Positions 1-12,500 of a stretch of 64,000 bases of DNA are shown piece after piece. The stretch comes from Lytechinus pictus (lineage: Eukaryota): positions 20,400,001 to 20,464,000 of the forward strand of contig NC_087250.1 of assembly GCF_037042905.1 (NCBI RefSeq), given 5' to 3'. The notes below the pieces were generated by a model. That model had not been told where the DNA came from. It did not search any database and saw only the letters and a program-made list of their open reading frames with translations. Both the position numbers and the translations under genes were made by a program. Each line of letters begins with the position of its first letter. Position 1 is the first letter of the stretch.

Positions 1-530
1 GCTTGTACTGTAAGGGGTCATTTTTAATAAGCCATCATTTGTGCTTTTTATGATCCCCCACTATACTAATATTGAGATGTATAGAACATTGTATCTATTT
101 GTATACATTGTTGCTTTTTAAAGTGGAAATAAATTGAATTGAATAATATATGCGCACTAGTTGTGCACTTTTTGTGACATCTTTCCCTAGTTTTAATCCA
201 TGAGAGTGTAGCCTTTTTAACATTAATCACGGAATTAAGCAGAACTCTTGACTAGAAGACTGTTACTGTTAGATGGTAATATTCTTATTTCTAATTATCT
301 TTCAAATTGACTTCAAACCTCAATTATATCTGTTTAAAACCATTGTTGCCTGTTGGTCATAGTGCACTCTATATAGAGTCTAGAAACTTTTTTTTTAGTT
401 TGGAGTGATTGCCAGCCTTTCTAAAGCTGCATACTGTCAAAATGGCCATCAAAATTCTAAAGTAAGTTAACCTGCTATGCTGGCTCTGATATCAACATTA
501 ACAATTTTTTTTTTCATTTCATTTTCTCAG

Positions 531-3500
531 CTACTATTACTTGAACACAGTAGGCTAAGTTCAGCTAGCGAGATGAAGACGGCCCTTGTTTACCTGACCT
601 GTATCTCATACGGCTATGTATGGTGTGAAGGAGAAGATGGCATTCCAGACGTAAGTTAGGGGAAAAAAGAAGAAATATGTCGTCGATTTGCTGGCAGACG
701 AACAATAGGTTGCGTGTGCGCGTGGATGTGTGAGTGCTGAATATTTCATTGCTGTGCAGCTGTTAAAAGGGCGTTAGCTCAAATGTACTACACAATGCAA
801 ATTGTAAAAGTGCATGCGACTAAAAACAATGTATTTGAGAGTTGAAGCTAAATGAACGTAGTTGCAGTAAAACACTAATTTCGTGAGAAAGTCTGTAAAA
901 CCAAGGTTAAGTATGACTATATCATAGTGGATCTAGATCTGGTACAGTTACATAAATTGAACTTTGTGAAATCATAAAATCTAAGCTGAAATACAATCAC
1001 TCTGAAGATCGCCAACACAGATAGGCACACGTGGGACAGTTTATTATTATTGCTGGAATAAAGACCCGACGGAAGTGACCGAATCCGCGCTTATTTTGCT
1101 TATTTCTCAGCAATTACACAATTTCTTCCAGAATCCTTTGGCACATATTTTTTATTCATACAAACAGACACTTGGGTGGTCATGATATTAGATTCTGTAA
1201 AAAGTCATTTTGAGATCGTTACCAGAACTGGAATTTACCTTTAATGCAATGCGAATTGTATGGTTCGTGGAGGAGTTGATACCCTTTGATGCCAATTTAA
1301 TACCATTTTGATGATCAAAAACAGTTTTTTGTGCATCGGTAGGACTAGTGAGCATGCGGTAACTATGGAAACTAGTCTAAACCCACTTGGCTGCGCCTCT
1401 TGGGTTAAACAGTTCCATAGCTACCTTATGCTCACAAAATTAACCTACTGACGCACTCACACCTGTTCATAATTTGTATAATAATGTTGACTTTAGAAAA
1501 GCTGTATAAAAGCTTGAATAAACATCAAATTTCTGAATGGGTTTTTCTTCCAACGAAAACAGGTTTTTACCCTCATGTCTTGAAAATTCCTAATTGTTGC
1601 CACTTTTTGGATCAGAGGCACAATGGTCTTGACTCCTCTATATAAGGTTTATGACATGTCAACAATTACCAATCCTCAAACTCCTGACTTGTTCCCTCTC
1701 CCAAATGACAGGTTTTACCCTCGTGTCTTGCTATACCCTATGCTGCTATAGCAGGGAAGCTTCAGGTTCTTCCTTCAATTAGTCAGTATAGCTTCATCCT
1801 TCTTAACTGGAGACTCAAGAACCCCAATGGAAAGGTGGAATTAGAGTAAGATATTCATTCTCATTCTTCAACCAGAGCTGCTGCCAACTATTCCATACAT
1901 ACATGGGCGGAAATCCCAGGGGGGGGGGGGGGACAGGAGGGATGCGTCCCCCCTACCCAATATATTAGGGGGACACAATATAAAATGTCCCCCCACTATC
2001 TTTGGTCTTTTATGATGGAAAGAAATACAGCATTCAAAATCGAAATAAAATTGTATTTTGGACGAGATGACCTTACTTTTTGGTGATAACCTTTTTTTTT
2101 CTTTTTTGAAATGTTTTTGCTTGTCAAATTTATTTGGGTCGAGGGGAATGACCTTTCATTTGGGGTGATAACCTTTTTTTTTGCTTCTCAAATTTTCCAG
2201 CCCCTGGTCCCCCCCTACCTTTGGGGAGGGATTTCCGCCCTTGTATACATACATTTTGGCATAAATGTAGTGCAACTGATGTAATGCCTTTCCTTAGTAA
2301 TATGTCTGAAGCGATTTACATTAACAAGTTCTAGGTAAATTTAGACCACACTTTTTGGAGTGCCAGTTGTGAACTAATTCACCAATTGAATTTTTTCTTA
2401 TCCTGTTGCAAAGAGGTGTAAAAAAGGAAATTACAAAAAAATATGATTAATTAAATGATACATAATAACCTATACCAATATGTAAGAAATATTGTGAAGC
2501 TGACATTCCATTGAAGTGGGGTTTAAAGTGTTAGTTAGGATGAGGGTGATACCTACTTGTAGGTTTAATTATCAGAAAACTAACCGAAGGGTTTGCGAGA
2601 GCTTACAATTTTTAGAGAGGATATGAGACAAGGAATGGGTTTTATTGGTTTTTTTATAAATATTTGTTGTGAATGACATGACCAGATGTTGCTGGGGAAA
2701 CTTATGAAAAGCGAGATTGTAGGACTGGAGATGTGAAATGTATGGTGGTGCCAAGTGGGCTGTTAAAGAATGGATTAGTTCACTTTTTAATACTGGATGC
2801 AACTGGGGATTTTATTGTGATTATTAACAGGGTGCTACATAACTTTTTAGAAGCTCTTGCCCGGTCGGGCAAGTAAATTTTTTCTATTTCACTTGCCTAA
2901 AAATTCCTTTAAAAAAAGTTTACCTCTTCAAAAGAAAGTTTTGTGGTTTTATAAACCATTGACCCTTTTCTCTCTTTTGACATGAACTGATCTACCTTGT
3001 TATTGCATTTCTTTTTCCAAAGTGAATATCTTGCCTGCCATGATTGAAATTAGGATAAATATCATATCACCTCAACCCTAATTTTGGTCATTCTTCTGTG
3101 AGAATTTTGCTTTCTACCATGTGAATTTTGCTTGCCCAATACGGGCAAGTAGTTTGGGCCTTTACTTCAAAACACTCTAAATTTTGCTTGCCCTGGGCAA
3201 TCCATTGTTACGTTACGTGGTGGAGCAGATGAGCGGATGGGTGCTTATGTAGCACCCTGTTATAAGTCACATTTCAATCCTTGTGAACCCCCCCTCTGCT
3301 CATATAAAATGTTGATTATAAAAAGAGTTGTTCAATGATTTGTTTCTTCCAGCAACATGGAATCCATTGTCACGTTACGTGGTGGAGCGGATGAGTCTTG
3401 GTTCTATTGTACAACTGTTCAAGTGGAGCTAGACTTCGCTCCAGCCCTTTCGAGTATTATTGAGGCTCAAAAGGTACTTTTGTTATTATGAATGAACAGA

Positions 3501-6500
3501 CATTATTCATAAATGTGATATGCGCTATACAAGGACTGTGTATTATTATTATTATTATTATTAGATGCCTTTGAAATAACAGTATTTTGAAATTTATGTG
3601 GTCTACTCCAACTTTTATCTTTCTTTAATTTGGTCCCGTCCAACATAGTATATCCCTTGTTCGTTTACAACCTTTTTTCTACTATCCAGTCTGTATAACT
3701 GCCATTAAGCCTGTCTTTAACTTTTATGAATGGTCGATAAAACTATTATGGAATATTGCAATATTAAAAACTTGTAGTAGCCATTTAATCTTTTTCCAAC
3801 TGCTCATTTCCTTGTGAACTTGTTAATATTCCAGTCAATAATATCTAGTGCCCTCTCTATAACATATTTTCATTTTGCTTCAAAAGGGCCCTTTGAGTAT
3901 TTATCTTACAAGTTTTACAGACAAAGATTATATCCTAAAATTTTCAGCCTGACCGTGCTTTGGAATAGGTTTTTTATATCAAATGGAATAACCATGCAGA
4001 TATTTCATAGCTTTTCATATAAAATCTCAAAATTTATCCGTATAACACTTTTTTTTGCATGCCACTGAGTTGTGCATATCCCCGTTTTGTGAAAAATAAG
4101 CGAAACTTTAAAATGTCCTAAATTTCTTATTGTACATGTGATTTTGATCAGCGCTATGCTGATTTGATTATTTCTCTATTTATTCCAATCAACATTTTTC
4201 TGGGGTGGACTTGTCCTTTAAATATCAATTAGACCAGATTGATAGTAGACCATGTGTGTTCAGTCCATGTGGTGCTAGACTATCTAAGAAGTAGATTAAT
4301 TACTTTTAGACCAAGGGCATAAAACCCTTTTATTTTGTGTTCATTGGTGACCTTGAGGTTCTAAAAAATTAAAAACACAAAGGCAAGTATTGTGAAGTTG
4401 GGTTTAAAGTAAACTCTGGTTTAAAGTTGTGGTTTAACTATGGAAAGCTAATTGTGACATTTTTAACAGTATGGATTCAAAGTATCAGCTAATTTGACTC
4501 TCAAAATCATTTTAAATTGTCTGGGTCTCTGGGAACAATGAATATGATGGTTGTATTTATTATTAAAGAAATAAGAAAGAGCATGGTAAACATAAGAAAC
4601 ATACCATGTGAACAAAATTTTGACATTATTGGCTTTCAATAATTTTAGCAAAAAGTTAGACCATGGCCTAAGTTAAACCTGACTTCAGAATACGGGCCAA
4701 AAAAGGTAGTCCTATATAGAATTGTGTTGTCCTTGTAACTTTAATACCTTATTTATACTGTAACAGATTCATATTCACCCATTTGCTTTCATTTTGAAGG
4801 CTGTTCTAGATGGATCCTCGCAGCGATTGGTAAAGCATCTGAAGACTATAGAGGCCGCTCTCTATAAGATGAGAAATAGCTTGAACAGAATGTCTGGTGA
4901 GTCACCCGCTCCTGTTCCCAAAGTATATGTATGTTACATAATTAAGCCGATTAGCCTTAAATCTCAAAATAAAAAGAAAGTGTTCAGGACAGCGGCTCAG
5001 AAAAAGGTCTGTTTTGGAGTAAGTGGCAAACTTCTTTTGCATAAAATGATTAAACGACAGAAAATAGGATACTATTTTCAGACAATTTGAGTACTCCTCT
5101 TTCAGTGCTTTTCTTAATTTCTAGAATTTTTAGATTTAAGATTTTATTAGCTTGGTGCCAATATTTTATGGTTTGCTGGGAAGAAGCAGTTTTAACTAGG
5201 AAGTGTTGTGGCTGAGTGGATAAGTCTCCAGACTTGTTCTGAGGTTCAAATCCCACCAAGACACTTGTGTCTTTTGGCAAGGCCTTTAACTACATTTGCC
5301 ACTCTCTACTCAGGTGTACATGTAGTTTATGGGTACCCCTTAGGAAGGAATTTTTGAATACTCAATGGGTGATTTCAAGTCCAGTGTTGACCTTGGTGTT
5401 GGTGTTGAAATTTGGACTGCCTCCCCTAGCTCCAAAACTTATTCAGAGTTTGCAAAACTGATCCAGATCACATTATTGACATCTCAACGACTAGTGAGTG
5501 ACTTTTCGAGACCATCTTCATTTTGTGTTTAGTGTTATATTTGTGTAAAAATTGACCTAACACCAACACCAAAAGGTCAACACTGAACTTGAAATCACCC
5601 AATCAGGATAGCCGTGCTAAATCCGGGGTAAAAATCTGCAGCACTTAGAAAACATTTTGTCAAGCACTCTACATATATATTATGTTGCATGTTGTTACTA
5701 TTTTTATTGGTATTAAGACAACAACTGGTTACATTTCTGTCTTAAAAACAGAGGGTTGTCGACCAGACGTGTTCTTTAATGTTTTCAGACCTTACATAGC
5801 AGGGTAAGTGTTAGGAATGGTGCTTTGCAATGGTGTCTTGACATCCAGTGCTAGTGTTTTGAATTGTGCTTTGCTATATCTACACCTTGCATGCAGTGTT
5901 TATTGCCAGTGCTAATGGTCATATTGGAGCTTTTCAAGTTCCAACCTATAGTGTTAATATCCAGTGCTAGTGTTTATCATGGTGCTTACAAGCTGACCCC
6001 ACATACACTTGTGGAGTTAATGTCCTGTGCCAGTGTTCATGATGCTTGGCAAGCTACAATCCATAAACCTTTGGCATTATCATCCAGTGCTTCTTTGATT
6101 TACAAGATGCAACCTTATACACTTTTGATGTAAATATTAAGTGCTAGTGTTTAATATAGCGCTCTTCAAGCCATACTATCTGTTCTTCTTATATCTTGAG
6201 TGCTTTGTGCTTTGCTATCTACATCTGCATGTGCTCTTTGTGGAGGCGCAATAGCTCACGTCGGTGGAGCAGAGGTTTTGGATTCCGGTGACCCGGGTTC
6301 GATTCCCACTTGGTGCGCTAGTGCCCTGTGGTAAGGCATTTATCCTCATTACCAGGTCCCTCGGAGAGGACCTCAAGCAGTTGATCATCTGGTTGCTTGC
6401 TTACAAACATTCATACTTTCTTAGCAATCAGGTAAAAAATCAACACCATTTACCATTTATATCTAGAGCTGGTGCTATATATGTCGCTTTTTATGGGCTA

Positions 6501-9500
6501 AATAAATGTTGCATATTATTATTATTAGGTGATCTGTCAATCGACAGATCAACTATTAATTTCGTACGAATTTTCTTTTTTATTTATTTATTTTTATTTT
6601 TCCGCCCTTTTCTTGTTGCCATAAAATCTCAAAATCTACATCATCAATTATCTTCAAAATATCATCAGATATGGGGACTTAACCTGTCATCTGTATGAAA
6701 CCAGTTCCAGGTCAAAAGGTCATCGTGACGCCATTTTGTAAATTCACATTATCAATCATATCTTCATTATCAATTATAAAAAATTAACCATATTTACATC
6801 ACATTAACTTCAGGTCAAGGGTCAACTGCCCATGTCATCAAAGGTCATGTAAAGGTCACGACGTGCGCATACGCGCGCGTCAAAATTTTAAAATGCTCAA
6901 AATCACTTTTTGACCAAAGTAGAGTATGAAATAGGCCATTTTAAGCATTTCAAAAATTTGCACGCGCGCACGGTTACGCGCGTAACGGCACTATGCAACA
7001 TAGGATCGCCATTTTTTTTTATATCAATGCACTGATAATATAATTCTGAACAATTTGATACCTTGATCAACCTTCTACGACAAGTAATAACGGAATTAGC
7101 CTCCATCAAAGTTTACAGCACGTGCGCGCGCGCACTAACCATAGACAATATACGTGCAAAAACATGCCTACAAAATTCATTATAGCTCTTCAGGAAGTCC
7201 GTTGACCCCCAATTTTTTTTTCATATTCGAATAGAGTATTATGAATGGGAGATATGATTTCATGTCACATTTGACCCGAAATTTTATCATGACGTCATCA
7301 AAATGGCGTCGGAACACAAAATTCCCATTTTGCTACTTATGACGTCATCATAATTATGCATATTTGACTCTAACTGCATAAATATTGGCCAATTTTTGCT
7401 AAGTTTTCAATATGTTGTAGCTGAGGACATACTCTTTCTAATTTGATGGTTATATTTACATTTAAAGGAACGAATCATCCTGAAAAATGGCAAGTTATAG
7501 AGACATGTCATTTTCGCTCATTTTGTGTGCAATCTCTATGGGAAATGACTTTTTCTCAAAACTGGATTTTACATTCCTCTATTTCGCGAGCCATATCTCC
7601 ATTTCTTTTTGTCGGTTTTCTCTGAGCTTGGAGTATGTTGTAGCTGAGATTGTAAGCTATCGCCAATATGGTCTCCATTTTCCGATCAGATGCCGGGATT
7701 ATGCCCGTATTTCACTTGCAAAATTGGATTTGAGATCCGCTTGTTTTGCTTATGTGTAAAGTCTATGGGAAGTGTGTAGCTCAATGGGTAAGGCATGAGA
7801 CTCGCGTCCTTAGGGTCCAGGGTTCGAGCCCAGGGGGCAGGGGTGAACATGATAATTTTTTTTTTTCTTTTCAACATATCACAAATGGTCCTTTATGACC
7901 ATTACAATGTATATAAAATAAAATATTGGACAATAAAAGATATTAAAATCCCTTTTAATGTATAATGTTCCTGTACAATATGTGTATGAGTATGACCTAC
8001 ACTTTTTCACACAACTTTTTCATTTCCCTCTTTTTCAAAAGTATTCAACACGTTCTTTTCGTAAGAGAAGTTCAGTTTTCATCATGATGATCATATTGAT
8101 CTCAATAAACATGCTGATTGTCTTCCTGATCATGAAATCAGAGACAGATCACCTAATTCGTCCTCATGACGAATTAAAATTCTAGTTTTTCTCATTATTA
8201 CAGTATAATGCAAAATACCCATTCATGTGTTTTATTTGTATGTATATTTGTTTCCTGCTGCAGTTGGGACTCACAGCCATTTAAAAAGAAAAATCTGAAT
8301 GGTCTGATCTACGAGGGAGTCAGCAAACAGCCTTTCTGTGTAAGTAAACCCATTAATACACGATTCAATTTCAGCTTTCCATATGATTTCAGCTTTTTAT
8401 ACACATTAGGGTCTGATCTATGAAGTGGTCGTCAAGGAGCCTTTCTGTGGAAGTAGACCCAATAAACCTTATTTAGTTTCAGTTTCCCTTATAATTTCAG
8501 ATTTCCATAGACATTAGGGTCTGATCTGCGAGGGAGTCAGCAAGCAGCCTTTCTGTGGAAGTAAACCCATTAATACATATTCAATTTCAGCTTTTCATAC
8601 ACATTAGGGTCTGCAGATCTGTGAGGGGGTCGGCAAAGGGCGTTTCTGTGGAAGTAGACCCAATAAAACTTATTCAGTTTCAGCTTCCCTTATAATTTTA
8701 GCTTTCCATAGACATTCTAGGGTCTTGTCTATTTATGAGGAAGAACCCTTACTGTGTAAGTTAACTACTTGAACGCAATTTGATTTCAGCTTCCCATAGA
8801 CCTTACAATCTGATCTAAAACAGAGTAAGCAAGGAGCCTTTCTGTGTGACCTGAACCTTGAAAATTATTTGATTTCAGCTTTTATACAATGTCAGCTAGT
8901 ACAACGCACGCAGTGCGAGTTAACCTGTTAACATCATTTGGGAATGGCACAACATACACATACTACTTTTAAAATGAAATACAAATTTTCAATCCATTTT
9001 ACTCGTTATGATGATATGATATCAAATGTTTAGCTTCAGGATTAAAAGAAACTTGAAAATTGTGTCCTATATGAGATGTTGAACCTCTGTGATTTCATTG
9101 TCTTTTTTTATGATATTTCTCTTTTTCTTCAAATAGTATACTGGTCTCAGTGCTGCACAGAGTTCAACCTTACCATGTCTTGATGCTGCTTTTGGAGTAG
9201 TTCATGAAGAAAAAGAAGGTAAGAATTGAGAAAGATGGAGAATTGTGACCAATCACTTACTGTAATTTCTTTGATTGCCATTAATAGCATCAATACTTTC
9301 AATTAAGACTTGATTTTATTGATAATTTCTTAGGGGTGTTGCAAGAAAATATTTGCCATCAGTTGCAAATATTCTGTTGCAGTTTTAAGTGTAGCAAATC
9401 AGATTACACTCCTTGTTTCAAGGAGCAGATGAGCAATCAACCAGAAATTGACAGTTAATTGCAAGACATATGATTGATTTAGGGACCAAACATAGACTTG

Positions 9501-12500
9501 AAATTGATCGCAAGTTTCTTGCAACACTCCATAATTTGTGAAATCATTACTTAAAATGCGTTTCTTACATGTACAGGCATGGATGGGGAGGGGGTGTCTG
9601 CAAAAATTAATGATATGACCGTTTTTTCCTTGTCAATTTTTTTTTTCTGGAGACCAATCCTTCTTCATTTATGAATGATGACCTTTTTTTGTGGGGGGGC
9701 AGCTTGTCAAATATTTTTGGACAAAACACACCCCCTTCATCAGAAAGATCATGGTGCCACGAAGGAACAAGTTCCAACTATTTTTTAGACTTAACATAGA
9801 AGAAAAAATTATTTGTCCATTTTGTAAATCTAGGCTCTGAGTGAATTGGAGGTCTACCTTTCAAAATTTGGTATTTAAGGTCATAATTATTATATTTTTC
9901 AGATCAGTCAAGACGATTCTTCCAGGAGTACATGCCGAAACCACACAGAGAGTTGATCGACGCCATCACAGCAGGACCATCAATCAAACAATACAGTAAG
10001 TCATCTTTCTAACAATCATAATAATTCAAATTCAAATTCAATTCGGTTTTATTAACCCTAAATCTCCCGGGGTATTTTGATTCTTGTCATTCCGGGGGGG
10101 GGGGGCCATTATGGCACCCCCTTAAGATCTCAGCCGCGGATTGCGCGATCACAACAAAAATTTGCATGATGGTAGAGAATGACGTAATCTACGCAGTTGC
10201 ATTGGTAAATTTCACTGAATTCATATATTTTTATTTTATATGAATTAATTATGCTAATTTATTCATGAAATCATACTTTTGCTCTGATTCACTAAATAAA
10301 GCTCCTAGAATGCTATTTTTTGGTGAAAATATTCTTTATAGCATTCCTAACAATTGTGAATGAAAAAAATTCTGGTACCAAGACCGATTTCTTATGTATT
10401 TTATTGTTTTTTTTAATTTCTTATGTATTTCTTTGTTTTTTTTACTTTTTGTTTTTTTATTGTTTTTTGGATGTAAATCGTTCCAGACTTAATTCTGATC
10501 ATAAACAAGGCAAAATTAATTAAGTTTAATCAGTAAAAGTAGAAATAATGATACATTTATGAATTTTGACTAAATACACAATTTGCATTGGATTTGTACA
10601 TGAAATCACGTTTATGAGCAATTTTGGGTCTGACATGCACTTACATAATGTTGCGTAATGTCGTAACCGCGTACCCGGGCGTCACAAATTTGGTCTCAAA
10701 ATTTGCGTGAGACTTAAAAAGTAAAAAGTCAGTGAGCAGCGAGGTCAAAAGGTTTTGCGCAGCAGATATATCTCGAAAATTGTCGAGGGGGGGCCATTAT
10801 GGCTCCCCTCCCCCGGGAGAATTAGGGTTAAACAATACTCATCAAAAAGTCTGAAGACTAACAATGTGAGTTTACATTTTTTTTAATACATAACAAAGAA
10901 TATTAAATAATAATAAATGATAATAATTCCCATTTTGATAATAATAATAATGATGATGATTATAATAATGATGATAATGATAATAATAATAATAATAATG
11001 ATAATTCCAGAGAGATGGGCAAGCATGTGCAAAAGCCCTTTATTATAATGATATAATTCAGTGCACGAATTTGAGATTACATTGATTTTTTTTCTTTCTG
11101 TCAGTACTCCCTTGCCTTTGTATATTTTGAAATGACAAGAATACCGGAGTTGGTTGAATCTTTCTAGATCAACTTTGAATAAGTGACACTGGACTCATGG
11201 GCCCTGTCTTACAAAGAGTTGAAATTGACCCGATCAACCACAACTATGGAAAGCCAGCAACGTCAACATCTAAAATGCATGTTTATTCAAATTATTTTCT
11301 AGATATGATGCATATTCATACATTCATTGTTTTCTTGATAATTCATTGTGCTTTTCTCTGTTCAAACAGTACATTATGGAAATTGTCTGATGAAAATATC
11401 ATAACATTGTGGGATTTCCATATACCTAGTAGTTAATGCTGATTGGATCAATCATAACTCTTTGTAAGACGGGACCCTGATTTGTAAAGATAGCGATATA
11501 ATTCAGTGAACGAAGTTGAATTTGCTTTGTTTCTTTCTTTCTATCAGTACATTCCTCTGGTTCGTCTGAAGCAGTTGAGGTGTTCAATGATTGTCTTCAA
11601 GCCATGAAGTGTTTCAGGGACTCTCACCTCCAGGTGGTAACGAGGTAAGATTGGTTGATCCTGGGTTGGAGGGGGGGGGGGGGGCAAACAGGCCTTGTAA
11701 ACCCACTATCCTGATGTGTTAGTTTGCTTTTAAGGTTGTTATAGAGGAAAAACTCCATCCCTCAGATTGGATGTTAAATGAATTAAAGGGGAAGTTCACT
11801 CTGACAAAAAAATTCTGTAAAAATAGAAAAATATTTAATATTATTGACAAAAGTTTGAGGAAAATACATCAAAGAATATAAAAGTTTGAATTTAATCATT
11901 TAATTTGTGACTTCATACGCAAGCAGCTTTCGTTCATATCATTTGGTTAAAAATCAATAAAATGTCATTTTATCAGAAAATTGAAAATACTTTTTAATCT
12001 AGTTTCATTATATCAATAAAAATATCATTTCACACGTGTTCCTTTAAAAAAAAAAAAAGTAATCACAAACCACTGAAAAATTGTTATTTATGTATTTTAT
12101 ATTAGATAACATATGGGGCAGGCCGCCCGGGCACTGAAAATTCTAATAACTTAATCTTTGGGTTTTCGTAAACCTCCACCAATATTTCTTATGGTTTTTC
12201 TGCTATTTTTACAACATACTTTCCCTCGGGGTGAACTTCCCCTTTAAGGCCCTTTGTAGAGGAGGGCAACCAACTTTGAACATTGGTTTCTAAACCCAAG
12301 ATTCTTATAGAAGTAGGGGAAGGACCCACGTGTTACAGTGACTCGGTTTGCATCCCAGGCACAGGAGATGCTAAACAAACAATAATGGATTTTTTTGCTT
12401 TCAGAACAAAAAGCCTTTTTCTATATTTGTTATGAACATTCATTTATTAATCATATATTTATAAATCTCTTTCCACAGAGATTGGTAAATGAATGATTTT

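Noticed and set aside
6243..6315. Possible tRNA gene (also ~7773, 15539, 23372, 57426, 61326)
   Set aside because: No complete cloverleaf; each continues into a SINE body or lies inside another element.
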